This document shows positions 36,661 to 50,114 of a DNA stretch of 64,000 bases, piece by piece. The translations under genes were made by a program, and so were the position numbers. Numbering within the stretch: the first letter of the stretch is position 1; each line of letters opens with the position of its first letter. Below the pieces are notes generated by a model that did no database searches, was not told the origin of the DNA, and saw only the letters and a program-made list of their open reading frames with translations. Origin of the DNA: Felis catus (taxonomy: Eukaryota); NCBI RefSeq assembly GCF_018350175.1, contig NC_058368.1, forward strand, positions 48,734,001-48,798,000, written 5' to 3'.

Positions 36661-38928
36661 TTTTAAACTGATATGCAACTGTTAGGTGTTATTACTGCTG
36701 TGGGCAGGCTTTGCAACAAACTGTACCGTGTGCTCCTGGACAACTTCTTGTTGTCCAGTATTGAGGTAAGCTCTTCCTCCACACTGCATCCTCAGACTGG
36801 GTCAGTGAGGTAAAAGAGGACAGCTTGATGAGAAGACATCCCTGGACCATCCCTGGAGTCGAGATGCGGAAACAAAGAATATTGTTATGCATGGTGTTGA
36901 CAAGCAAGAGACACGGTGACCGTGCAGATTGTCTGGGGGGTGAGAAAATCACTTGGGAGAAGGCTTCTTGCTTCAACTTTAGGTTCACTAATTAGTTTTA
37001 CAGAGAAGCAGCTGTGTTACACTGCCCAAGGGGTCAACTGCTGTATGGCCTTCGCTCCACCTTTACGACAAATTGTTGAAAAGCAAAGAAATACTGGTAA
37101 TTTTGTTTGTCCTAGAAAGCCAGTGTCAGACCCATTGGTGGGGTCCTTTCCATTCATCCTTATACGCTACATAATTCCTTTCGTATCTACATTCATGGCT
37201 ACGGATTCTGCGAACCACAACCATTAGTATTTATAATGACAAATTCTCAAATCTCTGCTACAAGTGATATTATGCTCTGTGTGATCTGCTCAAGAAGACA
37301 GGAAAGCATAGAGTATAAAGAAATCTTTCCACTGAAAAGAATTAAGATGTTAAAACTCTGCTCTCTGCTTTCAACTTTAGTCTCTGGAAATATGTTTAAT
37401 TAATACTTATATATTAATTAGTGTTAAATAATAGTTTTCAATTTCTAAAGGCTTTAATGCACTTAACAACCCTGGGAGTGGGCATTGTTATCCTTATAAG
37501 GCTTCAATTTCTTCGAGAACCAGTGCCAGGAAAATGCTATATGTCCACAGACGAGCTGATGTTCACTCTCCCTAATAAAAACCAAATACATGTAACCTCA
37601 TTTTTCCCTTCACGCCCTGGCTTCCAGGAACCTCAGATTCGAATGTGATGAATATGTGTGGCTATTGTGTCAATCAATCTTTGTAGTTAGCATGGCTCTC
37701 TCTCTTTCCGTTGTTCTGCTTTTCCATTTCTGTTTTATCAGCCTCAGGCTGTCGTTGCAGATGTAATTTTTCATAACCTACCTCAAATGTTTTAAGATGG
37801 TATATATGAGAAAATAAGGAAATGAATGACTACATAATTTGACTATTATTGTCTTAATTTTAGAGATTGGTGAAGCTACCTGAGCAAAGTTATAAAGTAA
37901 AGCTCATTAGTGGCAGAGTTGGGGCTTCATCTCAGGTCTCCCGATTCCACACCCTACATTGTTTCCAGAATGATCCATTCCTGTCGCATAGGGGAGCTAA
38001 GATTTTAATCAATGCCTTGCCTCAAGGAGTAAAACGATTACATTTTCTGTCCAAGGTTGTGCAAATCTATACTGCTGCCTCCGCTGTCTTCCTGAGAATC
38101 CTTAAACTCTTGAGAAAGAAGGGAAAGGAAAAGAAGCCTGCTTTGACACCCCCAGATGTTCGGCACATCCAGTTTGGAGATTGCTCATGTTAAAAAATGA
38201 GGGTGGGGAGGGATGGGATTGTGAGACATCAACATGGCTACTGTGCCTATTCCCTCCCATCTCATCCTAGATAGGAGGAAAAAGTGCTTCTTTCCAAATG
38301 GTTCATACATCTTTGACGACTGAGATGCTGCGGTAGCCGCCACCCAGTTCCCCTGCAGCTCAGTGTGAATTTTTCTCTTTGTTGGAAAGAAGATATAAAA
38401 AGTCAATGCATTATTTATGGTAGTTATTTTCATCATTACATATTCACAATAACTGAAAGGTGGAAGTAGAGTATAATATAATAGAATGGGAAGAAAATTA
38501 TCTGCAGTAACTTTAGAAACATTCATAGGAAATGTTCAGCTGCTAAAAAAATCCCCCCAAACAAACACTGGATCTTAAAATACCATGTAAGCCACCCACA
38601 TCTGCAAAGGCTTATTTTTGCTATTTATTTGTCCAAAGCAAGAAAGTTGGTGGAAAATCGAACCTTGGAGAGTTCTCAAGTCCCTCCATGATAGAGGGCT
38701 TGTAATGAAGTTATTTACTCTCAGAGTGAGCATAACTTCTGATGGTTAGCCCATCGTCCTAATCAGGCCAAGACAACATGTTCTACTCTGACTTAATTTC
38801 AATCTACTCTATAACCAAGCACTATACTATTGACCCCAGCCAACTGGCTATCAACTATATGTTCCCAGTTATAAGGAAAACTGTTTGAGAAAATGTAGCT
38901 AGATCAATCTAAATTTATCACCCTCATG

Positions 38929-38930
<2 letters not shown>

Positions 38931-38962
<32 letters not shown>
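38931..38962. repeat. (CA)n microsatellite
   Basis: 16 perfect AC units. Confidence 0.95.
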
Positions 38963-38964
<2 letters not shown>

Positions 38965-39109
38965 ATGTGCTCCTAGCACTACTGTCATCTGCATAGAATA
39001 GTGTATACTTATCAGATATAAACAAGGTATTTTCTATGACAAAGCACTAAGCCTTGGATTTCCCATGTGTGATATGAGATGTTTGGATTGGATATAGCAC
39101 AAAGGATCT

Positions 39110-39665
39110 TTATCACTTAGGAGGCTTTCAGCTAAAAGTAACAGAACCGTGACTTGAAATGTCTTAAACACTAATAAAAATGTATTATCTCACATAATAA
39201 GAGGTCTGGAGGCTCTTATGGGTTGGGGCCAAAACCAGTTACTTTAGTGGCTCAATAACATTACGATTATAGCTGAGGTTCTTTCCATCTTTGGCTTTGT
39301 TTTGCTCCTGTTGACTTAGCCTCAGTACAGCTCCCTTCATCGTCACACACGGTAGGCACGGTTCCAGATAGCGTATGCATGCATAACAAGGTCAAGTGGA
39401 AAAAGAGATTCTTTTTTCCCCATGAGTCTTTTTTTATTAGTAGTAAAATCTTTTTTTCTGAATCCATCCAGCAGATTTCCCTTAATGTTTGATTGGCCAG
39501 AATTGCATCACATACGCTTCCCTATACCACAGGCAAAGGGAATGAGATGATCACTGACTAAATGAAATCAAGGAGAGAATGGGCTATGTGAGCACAATTT
39601 TAGGTCTGTGGAATGGAGGGTGTAGGGAAATTGATGTTGGGCTGGAAATTAAAAATGCCTCTTCA
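39110..39665 (-). mobile_element. MaLR LTR (MLT1K/L-like)
   Basis: ctttcagctaaaagtaacagaa, tattatctcacataataagaggtctggagg, gattggccagaattgcatcacat. Confidence 0.78.
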
Positions 39666-39669
39666 GGTC

Positions 39670-41375
39670 CACCCTTTATTCAACTTACATCTAAATATAT
39701 ACCCTTCATGCCATTCACCCTTGGTAAAAGTGCTCACGTCTATATAAAATGTGCCCACCCCCTCCCTAAAGAAAGATTGCCAGAAGTCTCATTAGTCAGT
39801 ACACCCAAGCCTATATCCAGGATTTCTGGGCTTTTATTTTTAACTTCTTCCATCATGGTCTGTGGACTAATGGGTCCATTAGCTAGGACTAAAAACAAAT
39901 TTTCAACACTAGCATAGCCAATACAAAATGGGACAAATTCTCCCTTTCCCCATCCACCACTCACCCCCTTGCCCCCATCCACTCTGATTCTGAAAGGAGA
40001 CAACAGGAAGTGACTGACAGCAGTCACTCGTTCATAGCATTTACATTCTGTTGGACAACAATAGCAAGGACTTCTTATTCTGGCAGTAGAGAGAGGTCAC
40101 TCAATTGTAGAGCTACGATCTGCTATCAGGAATGGTCTTCTTTCCTTTTTTGCAGCAGAGATGGTTAGCTGCTCTCCAGTACCTATATCTTCTTCCTCCT
40201 GGGCACACCCCTAGGCCACTTTTTCAGCCTTCCTTGCACTTAGCTGTAGCTGTGTGGACTGGGTTCTAGCCCATAGAATATTAATGGAAGTGCCATGTGT
40301 CACCTCCAGGCTGGGCTCATAAGACCACTGCCATTTATGCTTTTGTGCCCTCTTTCCCCCCTCCTTCTGGCTTACTGAAATGGAGATTCCCGATAAGATT
40401 AGCTTGAGAGGATGTGTTCAATATGGTAGAACATCTTTCAGCCTGGATCCTTAAATTACTGCACAGATAAAGGCTGTGCCATCTACCTCTCCACTTGCTC
40501 AGTCTGGTTGCGTGAATAAGAAATACAATTTCTATTGTGTTTGAGACATTTACATTTTGGGTCTATTTGTTAGGGCACTCACCCCACCCAGACTAATACA
40601 TTTCTCCTTTATGGCAATTCTGGAGATGAACATCGGGACATGCTCTTTCTTCGGGGCTACATAGCCTTACTAATCTGTGTCCTATTGGTGAGAATTTAGG
40701 AACCCCAGGGATTGCCTGTTACAGGCTATTGTTTATTAACCTTGGGCTTTCTTTGGTAATACAATTCCTGTAAGAACTCAGTAGGCTTCAGGTGCTTCCA
40801 GTCAACTCCATGGGATAATAACACAGCCAACGGTCTTTTCTAGAAATAGACTGTGAGTCTGAGAATTCCTGACTCCATGCCAGGGACTTCTACATGATGC
40901 CTGTCCTCCTGGACCTCAGATTAATGACCTCTGCCCTGAGGCAATTTAAAACAATAACCCTGGGTGGGAAGGCAATACCCATAATCCAATCTTGGCCATC
41001 TGGATTTTTCTCTTTGTCAGGCAGAAACAACGTTATAAAAATTGCTTAAGACGGGTCTGGAAGATTAAGCTTGTTTTTTGGCTAAAATTGATCTGCTGCT
41101 GCCCTCTTTAAGATGGTTCGTCTTTAGTCTTAACTTGTTTCTTTCCCATGGAACCTCACTGGAAAGCATCCATTGATGTTCCTACCATTTCCCCTAATAC
41201 CAAGGCCTGCACTGTCTCATCCATGATCTGTGCTTAAGAGCAACAGGTAGTTTAACTTACTGCTTCACAACCACATAAAAAGAGTCACCACCTTCCCAGT
41301 GTTTTCACTACCAAGTACAGTACCTCCTCCATTTATTCAATTCCTCATTTTAGCATCCCATTTTTGGATCCAGTA
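39670..41375 (-). mobile_element. Probable degraded MaLR internal region, interrupted by another LTR
   Basis: Lies between two minus-strand MLT1 LTRs and ends in catcccattttttggatccagtatctg, which resembles the MLT1 internal/LTR junction. Confidence 0.5.
40151..40600 (+). mobile_element. MaLR solo LTR (MLT1I-like)
   Basis: Starts tgcagcagagatggttagctg, contains cctgggcacac and ttctagcccatagaat, ends gactaataca (TG...CA). Confidence 0.82.
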
Positions 41376-41935
41376 TCTGGATCAGTTGGGTTTTTAATTG
41401 CCAAAATAAGAAACCCAATTTATCTGATTTAAGGAGACACTGGGTTTACTGGAAGGATGTTGGGGAGGAATCATGTGGGGATGAGAAACCAGGTGCAGAG
41501 GATGTATAGTCAGGAGCCATGGCACAAATCACATGCGGAACTGGTGGTGGTGGTGGGGGGGGGGGTCAGCTAGTTCTGACACAGCTACCACTGTCACAGA
41601 GCACGATGTCCTGCAGCTCACACTGTGGATGCCACCAGCATGGAACCCTAGGTGTTGCTGTTGCCATTGCTACCAATACTGCTCTGGGAGATGAATCTTG
41701 GCCCCCAAAGCCCCTGCCAGAAGAAATATTTCTTTGTTGTTCTGCATTCCAGATCCCAGAGTAAAGCCTGGCAAGTTGCCTCTCATTGGCTGAGCGTGGG
41801 TCTCACGCATGCTTTTGACTTGCAAGGGAGGCTAGAAAAATGAGGAGCTGCATTAGTTTTTACCTTTAACTTATAATATGGGAACTCTCCCACATAGAGA
41901 AGGGGCTCAGATACAGGGCAGCCAGAAAGAATCAC
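41376..41935 (-). mobile_element. Old MaLR LTR (MLT1M/N/O-like)
   Basis: atcagttgggtttttaattgccaaaataagaaacccaa; cattggctgagcgtgggtctcacg...gcaagggaggctagaaaaatgag. Confidence 0.7.
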
Positions 41936-41944
41936 AAGCATTTC

Positions 41945-42155
41945 TTTTTTGTCCTTTTTCTGTTTCTTTTTTAATTTATTTTTTGAGAGAGAGACAGAGC
42001 AAGTAGGGGCAGGGGCAGAGAGAGATAATCCCAAGTAGGCTCTGCACTGTCAGCATGGAGCCCGATGTGGGACTCCAACTCATAAACTGTGAGATCATGA
42101 CCTGAGTCAAAACGAAGAGTCAGATGCTTCACCAACTGAGCCACCCAGGTGCCCC
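41945..42155 (-). mobile_element. Can-SINE
   Basis: Full body ending actgagccacccaggtgcccc; degenerate TSD cacaag...tctt. Confidence 0.93.
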
Positions 42156-42214
42156 CACAAGTACGTCTTCTAGTCCTTTTAAGCAATTTGAACATGTGTT
42201 ACCAAAATATCCAG

Positions 42215-42424
42215 TTTTTTTTTTTTGAAGTTTATTTATTTTGAGAGTGAGAGAGAGAACAAGCAAAAGAGGGGCAGAGAGAGAGGGAGAGAGAGAATCC
42301 CAAGTACGCTCTGCACTGTGAGTGCAGAGTCTGACACGGGGCTCCATCTCATGAACCTGTGAGATCATGACCTGAGCTGAAATCAAGAGTCAGGCACTTA
42401 AACACTGAGCCACTCAGGAGCCCC
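42215..42424 (-). mobile_element. Can-SINE
   Basis: PolyT, (GA)n, gagatcatgacctgagctgaaatcaagagtcagg, cactcaggagcccc. Confidence 0.93.
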
Positions 42425-42502
42425 AATGTTTCTATTTAATAACAGTAAGTTAAAACTTACAATCATATTAATTTATTCAACAAATACTTTTTACTATTTT
42501 CT

Positions 42503-42731
42503 TTATTTAAAAAAAAATTTTTTTTTTTTACATTTATTTATTTTTGATAGGCAGAGAGAGACAGAGCATGAGCGGGGGAGGGGCAGAGAGTGAGGAAGAC
42601 AGAATCTGAAACAGGCTCCAGGCCCCGAGCTGTGGGCACAGAGCCCGATGCAGGGCTCAAACTGACAAACCGTGAGATCATGACCTGAGCCAAAGTCAGA
42701 CACTTAACCGACTGAGCCACCCAGGCGCCCC
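42503..42731 (-). mobile_element. Can-SINE (SINEC_Fc-like)
   Basis: 17-bp TSD with one mismatch: actttttactattttct / actttttcctattttct. Confidence 0.95.
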
Positions 42732-42968
42732 ACTTTTTCCTATTTTCTGTGTCAGACACAGTGATTATGATTTTCTGACCTTTTTATGTCTTTGAGAGTG
42801 AAAGTCTCCTTTTCCTGGCTCTCATTTCTGATTGATGCTGCCAGCAGCCTTGCAGGATGAGACCCGATCGAGGCCACACCACACTCCTTCAAAACCTTAA
42901 GTTACCTTCTCACCGGGAGGTTTCTACCGAAAGTAAGTATGTGGTAACTATCTCTCTCTCTCTCTCTC

Positions 42969-42988
42969 TTTTTAAGTTTAGTTATCTT

Positions 42989-43029
<41 letters not shown>

Positions 43030-43198
43030 TGTGAGTGGGGGAGGGGAAGAGAGAGAGGGAGAGAGAGAATCCCCAGCAGGCTCCACACACTGCCAGCATG
43101 GAGCCTGATGTGGGGCTTGAACCCACGAACCGTGAGATCATGACCTGAGCTGAGACCAAGAGTCAGACACTCAATCGACTGAGCCACCCAGGCACCCC
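42969..43198 (-). mobile_element. Can-SINE with long (GA)n
   Basis: Full body ending gactgagccacccaggcacccc. Confidence 0.94.
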
Positions 43199-44125
43199 AA
43201 AACTATGTAATTTCTGAGTTAGAATTTCTTTAGAGACATCACAAATTCTCAATTAGGTTCACATATGAGCCCAGAACAAAAGTCACGGAAGGCTTACCCT
43301 CCCTTCCTAGGACATACCTGAAGCTCTGCCTGAGTCAGGCCTCCAAGTACTTGTCTGTAATGTTCCCTGAAAATCTGACGCTTGCTAACTCACTGTGCCT
43401 CGCAACCTATCACCTTTGGGGAAAAAGGGAACTCCTCAGGCTATCTATTCTCTTCATATTTTTTATACTGATGATTTTCTATGTTTCCTCTCCCCTGGCC
43501 AGCCTCCTACTATTCAAGTGTCTTGTAATATTTTACATTTTCAAGAAATTCTATTTCATGAAGAAGAAAAATTGTATCATCTTATTCATCTTTACACAAG
43601 ACTCATTACATCTCCTTGATTTGATTTAAACCTGGTTTGCTCCCAAGAATACCATTTCCCTTCACCCTTTAAGCTAAAACTAATCCTTTCTCCTTTTCAG
43701 CATTAAACTTTGGTACATATGTGTGACTAATACGGAGGGGGCAGGTGTGCCCGGTACCTCTCCAATGCATTGTTCTCCCGTTGTTGCATAAATACCCCTT
43801 GTGCTGTGAAGGTTAAACTATTTAGCTTGAGTACCCTTGATGCTTCCCCATAGATGACCTTCTGCAAATAGATAAAACCTTTCATCTGACTGACATTCCT
43901 TGTCTTCACCCCTCATCCAGCCATGTAGACATGTCTGTCCATGTAGACAAACCCAATATTCTAACCTCATGGTGCCTTGTCCTCTTCACCTCAGTGACCG
44001 GCAATCTCATTCCACTCCATGCCCATGAAGGCTCAGGGTATGTACTCATCCCCAGGGACTGCTTTGGTGCTGAAACCTTCAACTCACATTTTCTGTTTTC
44101 CAATCATGATCCCTATAGCATTTTC

Positions 44126-44345
44126 TAAAAAAAAATTTTTTTAACATTTATTTATTTTTGAGAGAGAGATAAAGTGTGAGTCTGGGTGGGGGGGGTGGTG
44201 CAGAGAGGGAGACACAGAACCTGAAGCAGGCTCCAGGCTCTGAGCTGACAGCACAGAGCCTGATGCGGGCTGGAACTCACTAACGGTGAGATCACGACCT
44301 GAACCGAAGTTGGATGCTTAACGGACTGAGCCACCCAGGTGCCCC
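44126..44345 (-). mobile_element. Can-SINE
   Basis: Full body; TSD core tagcattttc on both sides. Confidence 0.94.
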
Positions 44346-45834
44346 TCCCTTGTAGCATTTTCACTGATTACACCCACTGCACTGATTCTTTGTACTGAGA
44401 CATTCAGCTGCTTAATCTCCCAATTTTTCTCACAATTTTGTCAGTCTCGTTGGGTTTTCATTTTCTTCCATATCTAATCTAAACTCAGGGGCCTGATAAC
44501 TTACTCTCTTATCTATACTCTCTATTTTCTTGCTTCATTATACTTACACCTTTTCCTCCCTCTCAACCCTTTAAGAGAACTCCTGCTTTATGTCAGTCTG
44601 TCTACTTTGTGAGCAATCCCACCTAGAGCCACACATTATCTGCTTAGCAGATATCGAATTAATTAAATTAGTTGCACTTGCTGCGTTAGACGTTATCATT
44701 GCTTCAGATCATTGTAGAGCTGACCATTTTAGCTGCCTTTGGGTTACTGGGAACCTGTTGCAATTAGGTTCCCACTACAGCCAGTTCTAAAGAATCTTCC
44801 TTGATTGCTCCGGAACAGTGCATTAATACCAATGGTCAGATGCCAGAAACCTGATATATTTGAAGCAAGTTATGTGCGCTTATGAGTAATTCTTTTCAAT
44901 ATTTTTAGTAACCTTTCTGCACTAGGATGTAGTAAAAAGGTATAAAGCATAACAGTTGATTCATCCACATCATCAGGGACACCTAGAGTTCACAGTATTG
45001 AAGCTGAATCTTGAACGTTCCATAGAAGGTCTTTTGGGAAGGAAAGTGAACAAGAAATTACAGGCAAAATTACATGCAAACTTAGAAGATGCAAAAGTGT
45101 GTAGTGTGTTTGAGGAAGGGCCGAGGAAAGCAGCCACATTGTCTAAGTGCCTATTTTTGCCAGCCTTGTGTAAGGCATTTTAAATACATTACCTAGCGAG
45201 CAGTTCAGTGAACTTGAAAATAGGGAACGTGAGAGAAAGAGGTGATGGAAGGTGGGGAGAGGAATTTGGAAAGTTATCATATTGCAGGATTCTGAAAGAC
45301 TTTACATGAAATTTAAACTTTTCAGTTTTACCCATAAGTTACGGAAAGTCTTCAGAATTTTAAATAAGGAATTACATGATCACATATACATTTTTGGAGG
45401 ATCACTGATGACAGCAAGTAGGAAGAATCCAAGATATTTAATATTTGAGCCACATCAGTCTGCTTCACTACTTTCTCCAACGTCTAGTATTGTGCTAGAC
45501 ATTCAATGAAGAGTTGCTGCCTGCATAAATAAATGAATGAGACTGAATGTAGAGAGAATAGTCGGGAGGGCTTTGTAAATAGTTTGGGTGAGGAAAGTCT
45601 GATCTAAGGCCACGATGGTGCAGGTGGGGAAGAGAAGCCAGAAAGACCGGGGGAGTAGGGGGCGGGGGAATTGGATTTGTGATTTAAGAGGAAGAGAAAA
45701 ATTCAAGATAACTAAAAGATTTGATGCTAGGTAATTCACTGTGGTCTTATAATAATAATTCCTACCCCAGAGGATTTCACATCATCAAATGTTAATGAGC
45801 TAATGTATGCAATACATTATATTAATGAATGAAA

Positions 45835-46023
45835 TACACTTGGGGATTGTGTTTGACTGCAAGCAACAGAAACCTCTAAAACTAGGTTTAAATACATTAG
45901 GGCTTTTATTTTCTCACATAAAAAAGTTAGAGTCAGGTGGTCCAGCGCTGGTATGCCACCACCACGATGGGAGTAACCAGGGGGTAGTTGCTTGTAGCTT
46001 TCAGCTCTGTCATTTTCTTAAAA
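45835..46023 (-). mobile_element. MLT1 LTR fragment, interrupted by a SINE and followed by a plus-strand MLT1A/MST-like fragment (~46240-46336)
   Basis: gactgcaagcaacagaaacc...ttttctcacataaaaaag; downstream ctataggctgaatgtttgtgtc...gaggtgattaggcca. Confidence 0.65.
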
Positions 46024-46214
46024 TTTTTTTTTAATGTTTATTTATTTTTAGAGACAGAGAGAGACAGAGAGAGAGGGAGACACAGAATCCAAAGAAGGCT
46101 TTAGCCTTTGAGCTGTCAGCACAGAGCCTGAAACGGGGCTGGAACTCACAAACCGTGAGATCATGACCTGAGCTGAAGTCAGATGCTTAACTGACTAAGC
46201 CACTTAGGTGCCCC
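46024..46214 (-). mobile_element. Can-SINE
   Basis: TSD tctgtcattttcttaaa / tctgtcatttttcttaaa. Confidence 0.94.
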
Positions 46215-46730
46215 TCTGTCATTTTTCTTAAAGCATGGGCTATAGGCTGAATGTTTGTGTCTAATGTTAATTAGTTGAAGTCTAATGCCCCAAACGATGT
46301 TAGGATCTGGGGCCTCTAAGAGGTGATTAGGCCATCAACCAGTGTTAGGTGCATTTCCAGGAAGGGAAAAGGGGGGGACCAACGGGCAAAGGATGTGTAC
46401 TGGCTGATTCTGCCCCCTTGTGTGGTGTTCCCCAAAGCTCCATCCACTGGGCTGCGGTATCACATTGTCCTCTGGTGTAAATATGGCTGAAAAAGAGTTT
46501 TTTCATTACATGCATTGCAAGCCAGAAAAAAATCAGTGCTCCATTAAAGGAAAAAGTGCCGAACAAATATGAGTAGATAACTATTAGCAGTATCTTCCAT
46601 AGCATATAAAAAAGGGAGATGACATTACATCTTGATTGTTTTGACCATCTCTGTCTTAGGAAAACCAGGGGTTTTCCTTGTGTTTCTCTGTGGTACTCAC
46701 AAGAACCAAAGGACTCAGTTTGATACCAAA

Positions 46731-46948
46731 TTTTTTTTTTTTTAATTTTCTTTTAACGTTTTATTTATTTTTGAGACAGAGCATGAACGGGGGAGGGGCA
46801 GAGAGAGAGGGAGACACAGAATCGGAAACAGGCTCCAGGCTCCGAGCCATCAGCCCAGAGCCCGACGCGGGGCTCAAACTCACAGACCGCGAGATCGTGA
46901 CCTGAGCTGGAGTCGGACGCTTAACCGACTGAGCCACCCAGGCGCCCC
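46731..46948 (-). mobile_element. Young SINEC_Fc-type SINE
   Basis: CpGs intact; diagnostic aatcggaaacaggctccaggctccgagccatcagcccag. Confidence 0.96.
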
Positions 46949-47723
46949 ATCAAATTTTAAGAAATTGAATGAGGATGTCATGGAAGAAAGACCATCACTC
47001 TGTAACAGTTTTTCTTTCATTTTTGAATAGAGGCTGGTTCATGTCTTTGGTCCTTGAAGACACGGCTTTTTCTATTCCTAGATCTACTGCAATCTACAGG
47101 CTGCAAGTGAGTCCAGGACATCTCCTTTGTCAAAGGAAGTTCTTCCAACTTGACTGTCTCTGGTCCCAGAGTCTTCTTGCAATACTTTGTTTCATTAGTA
47201 ACCCAGTGAAAGTAATGGCATCCCATTTTTGCCCCAACCCCAGTTTTAATGACATTTTATAATCTTGTTACTCTTTATTTATCCAGTTTCTTTTTATATT
47301 TTAAAAATACAACCTCTGCCTTGTCCATTAAAAATGAGATTATACATACTGTATATAGCCAGTTGCTGGTCAGTAAGTATTTGTTGAGTGCCTACTGTGT
47401 CCCATATGTCATAAACTTCTCTAGTCTTCTGAGCCTTCCTTTTGTCGAGCACAGCCCAAACCTAGGCAGCCCCTGGATCATCAGACCTACAACTTAGTTC
47501 TGCCTGAAAGTTTAGATCCCACGACCCACAAGCCTTTGGTTATGAAAAAGAGAGACAGAGAAAGCCTCATGCATATAGTGAGAGCCCATTTAGAAGATAT
47601 TATAGCCTTAGAGGTTGAGAGATATGCCTATTAGCGGAAATGAAAAACACCGTGAGGTGACTCGTGTATACATTCAACCTGATTGGTTGCATCTGTCCTG
47701 CCGGAAAGATGGTTGCTTCTCTG

Positions 47724-47947
47724 GGGGCGCCTGGGTGGCGCAGTCGGTTGAGCGTCTGACTTCAGCCAGATCACAATCTCGCGGTCCGTGAGTTCGAGCC
47801 CCGCGTCAGGCTCTGGGCTGATGGCTCGGAGCCTGGAGCCTGTTTCCGATTCTGTGTCTCCCTCTCTCTCTGCCCCTCCCCCATTCATGCTCTGTCTCTC
47901 TCTGTCCCAAAAATAAATAAACGTTGAAAAAAAAAATAAAAAAATAA
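47724..47947 (+). mobile_element. Young SINEC_Fc-type SINE
   Basis: Perfect 19-bp TSD AAAGATGGTTGCTTCTCTG at 47705-47723 and 47948-47966. Confidence 0.97.
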
Positions 47948-49699
47948 AAAGATGGTTGCTTCTCTGAAAATAGTATTGTGTCAAGGAAGGTGCTCTTACT
48001 TACATATAACTGCCCTTTTTGAGCCCCAATGTCACTTCGTACCCATCCCCCTTTTAATATGAAGGAAACTGTAAAAATAAAATTATTTAAATGAATGTAA
48101 CCAAACAATCTTGCCTGGAGAGGTACTGAAAAATTAGGCTATATGTCAGGGGAAAGATTTTTACCCATTTAGTCCGTAATTTAACTTCTCCCTGACCTCC
48201 ATTTAAAGACATATCGATGCCATGGTTCTTCTGCCAGCCAGTTAAATTCTAGTTTCTCAGTGGTTTATGAAACTGAGGTTGCTTAATCAAGATCAACACT
48301 GCAAAATAGCATATTCCATGTGGTTAAAAGCCGACAGCTTTATCCCTCTTGTTTGTTTCACTGAATGCATGGAGTTTTTAACTCTTAATTACTTTAATAT
48401 GTCATAAGAAACAAGACTGCAGGTATGCAACCTTTCTTTTCCAAACAGTCCTCCAAATGAGCATTTGGTAATGATGAATGATTACATAATTAACTTGTAC
48501 TTAAAAGGAGAAAATTTCTTACCCGTGTTAGAAAGAGATGGCTTACACAGGAGCTATTCTGTTAAAGTTCAGAGCTTGAAGGAATATCACAGTTATAACA
48601 AATCAGGAAGAAAACAATAAAGATACCTTTACACATCTCTGTGTGCCTATTTAGGACATTCAGGCACATTCTTCACTGTTACAACAGTTTTGATTAACTG
48701 GGTTGTGGAGTTATCATGCAATGTATAGATTTCCCTATGGAAAATAATTCCAACTAACAAATCAAACCTAAACTAATTGTCAGTGTTTGGTGTTCTTGAT
48801 TGGGCCAAAAGACTTAACAAATTGCAAAGAAGATGTCAAAAGACAGATTGAGTTGGTTTGCAGAATTTAGGGAAATGCTTGGCCTGACAGTTAATCAATT
48901 GAAATACCTGCAATTGAAAGATTGGGTTACTAATTCTCTTCACAATCTATCTTTCTTTTCTCATCTCTTCTAAATAAAGGCTCAGAAATTACTGCCTTTG
49001 CCAATGAAGTGACCCATTTAGCATGTAGCTTTTCTGAAACAGGGATGGCTAACTGGAAAATTCTTAAAAAGGCTGGATCCTATTTCTGAAAATCATCATT
49101 CGATTTTCTTTTGTAAATTTGTTCCCAATCATGGCATAGGAAAGATGAAACATTCATGAGGTAGTTAACTCTAATATTTAAAATAAATTAAGAAATCTAG
49201 ATGGATATAGGCAAACATTTTGAGAAGAGCACTTAAGGTTTTGACTTATTTCATCAGGAATAGGCTTTGGGATACCCAGGAATCAGTACATTTGGGTCAC
49301 GGTCCTGTCTCACTGATAAGAATGATTAATTATAAATTATAAATATAAAATTATAAACTATAATTATTACTCAGGAACTGTGCTTCCTGACTTACTGCTT
49401 GTTCTTTTTTTTTTTCTTCCTACAAAGAAATGGTTGAGGATAAATAAGTGACATTCATAACAGAAAGGATAAAATATAAGGTCCATTTAATTTTGTATGT
49501 ACTCCACCCAAATATTAAAAGATGACCTACCTATTTGACTTTTTAGGTCATTTGATTATATTACAACAATAAGTCCTAAAAATATCTTAAAAATGAATTT
49601 AGCATAAAAGAAAAAAGAGAAAGCAGAAAATAATGGTAAAATCCAAAAAAGGGAACTAACATTGGAGAATGAGACATAAGAAATAACAAGTAACTATGA

Positions 49700-50082
49700 G
49701 ACCCTAGTCTGGATCTTGATTTGATCCAAGGGCCTCCACTGCATACGAGTGTCTCTGAGATAACCTGGGAGTCATGAGTATGAACTAGGCAGCGGATCGT
49801 ATTAAGGAATTACCATTACTTCTCTTGAGTTGATAAGGGCATGATATAGATGTGGTGGTCAGTTAGGGACGGATAGTAAAAAATTTACAGTGAAAGTGGC
49901 GTAATGTCTGCAGTTGGTTTACAATAGTTTAGAAAACAAGCAGTAAGAGTGGAAACGAGTATAAACGAAAACAAACTGACAAATGTCATAATTGTTCAAG
50001 CGGACCAATGAGGACAAAGATTGTTTTTACACTGCCCTTCCTGCTTTTATTTACGATTGAACATTTTGCACAATAAAAATTA
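49700..50082 (+). mobile_element. Old L1 (L1MC/L1ME-like) 3' end
   Basis: tattaaggaattaccatt...taatgtctgcagttggtttacaata...ttgaacattttgcacaataaaaatt. Confidence 0.7.
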
Positions 50083-50114
50083 TATCTCAGTTCATTGCTT
50101 TAGAAATGAGCAGA

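Noticed and set aside
41783..43187. Recurring short ORFs with 'AQVMISRFVGSSP' or 'ERERER' motifs (also at other SINEs)
   Set aside because: Translations of Can-SINE bodies and (GA)n tracts.
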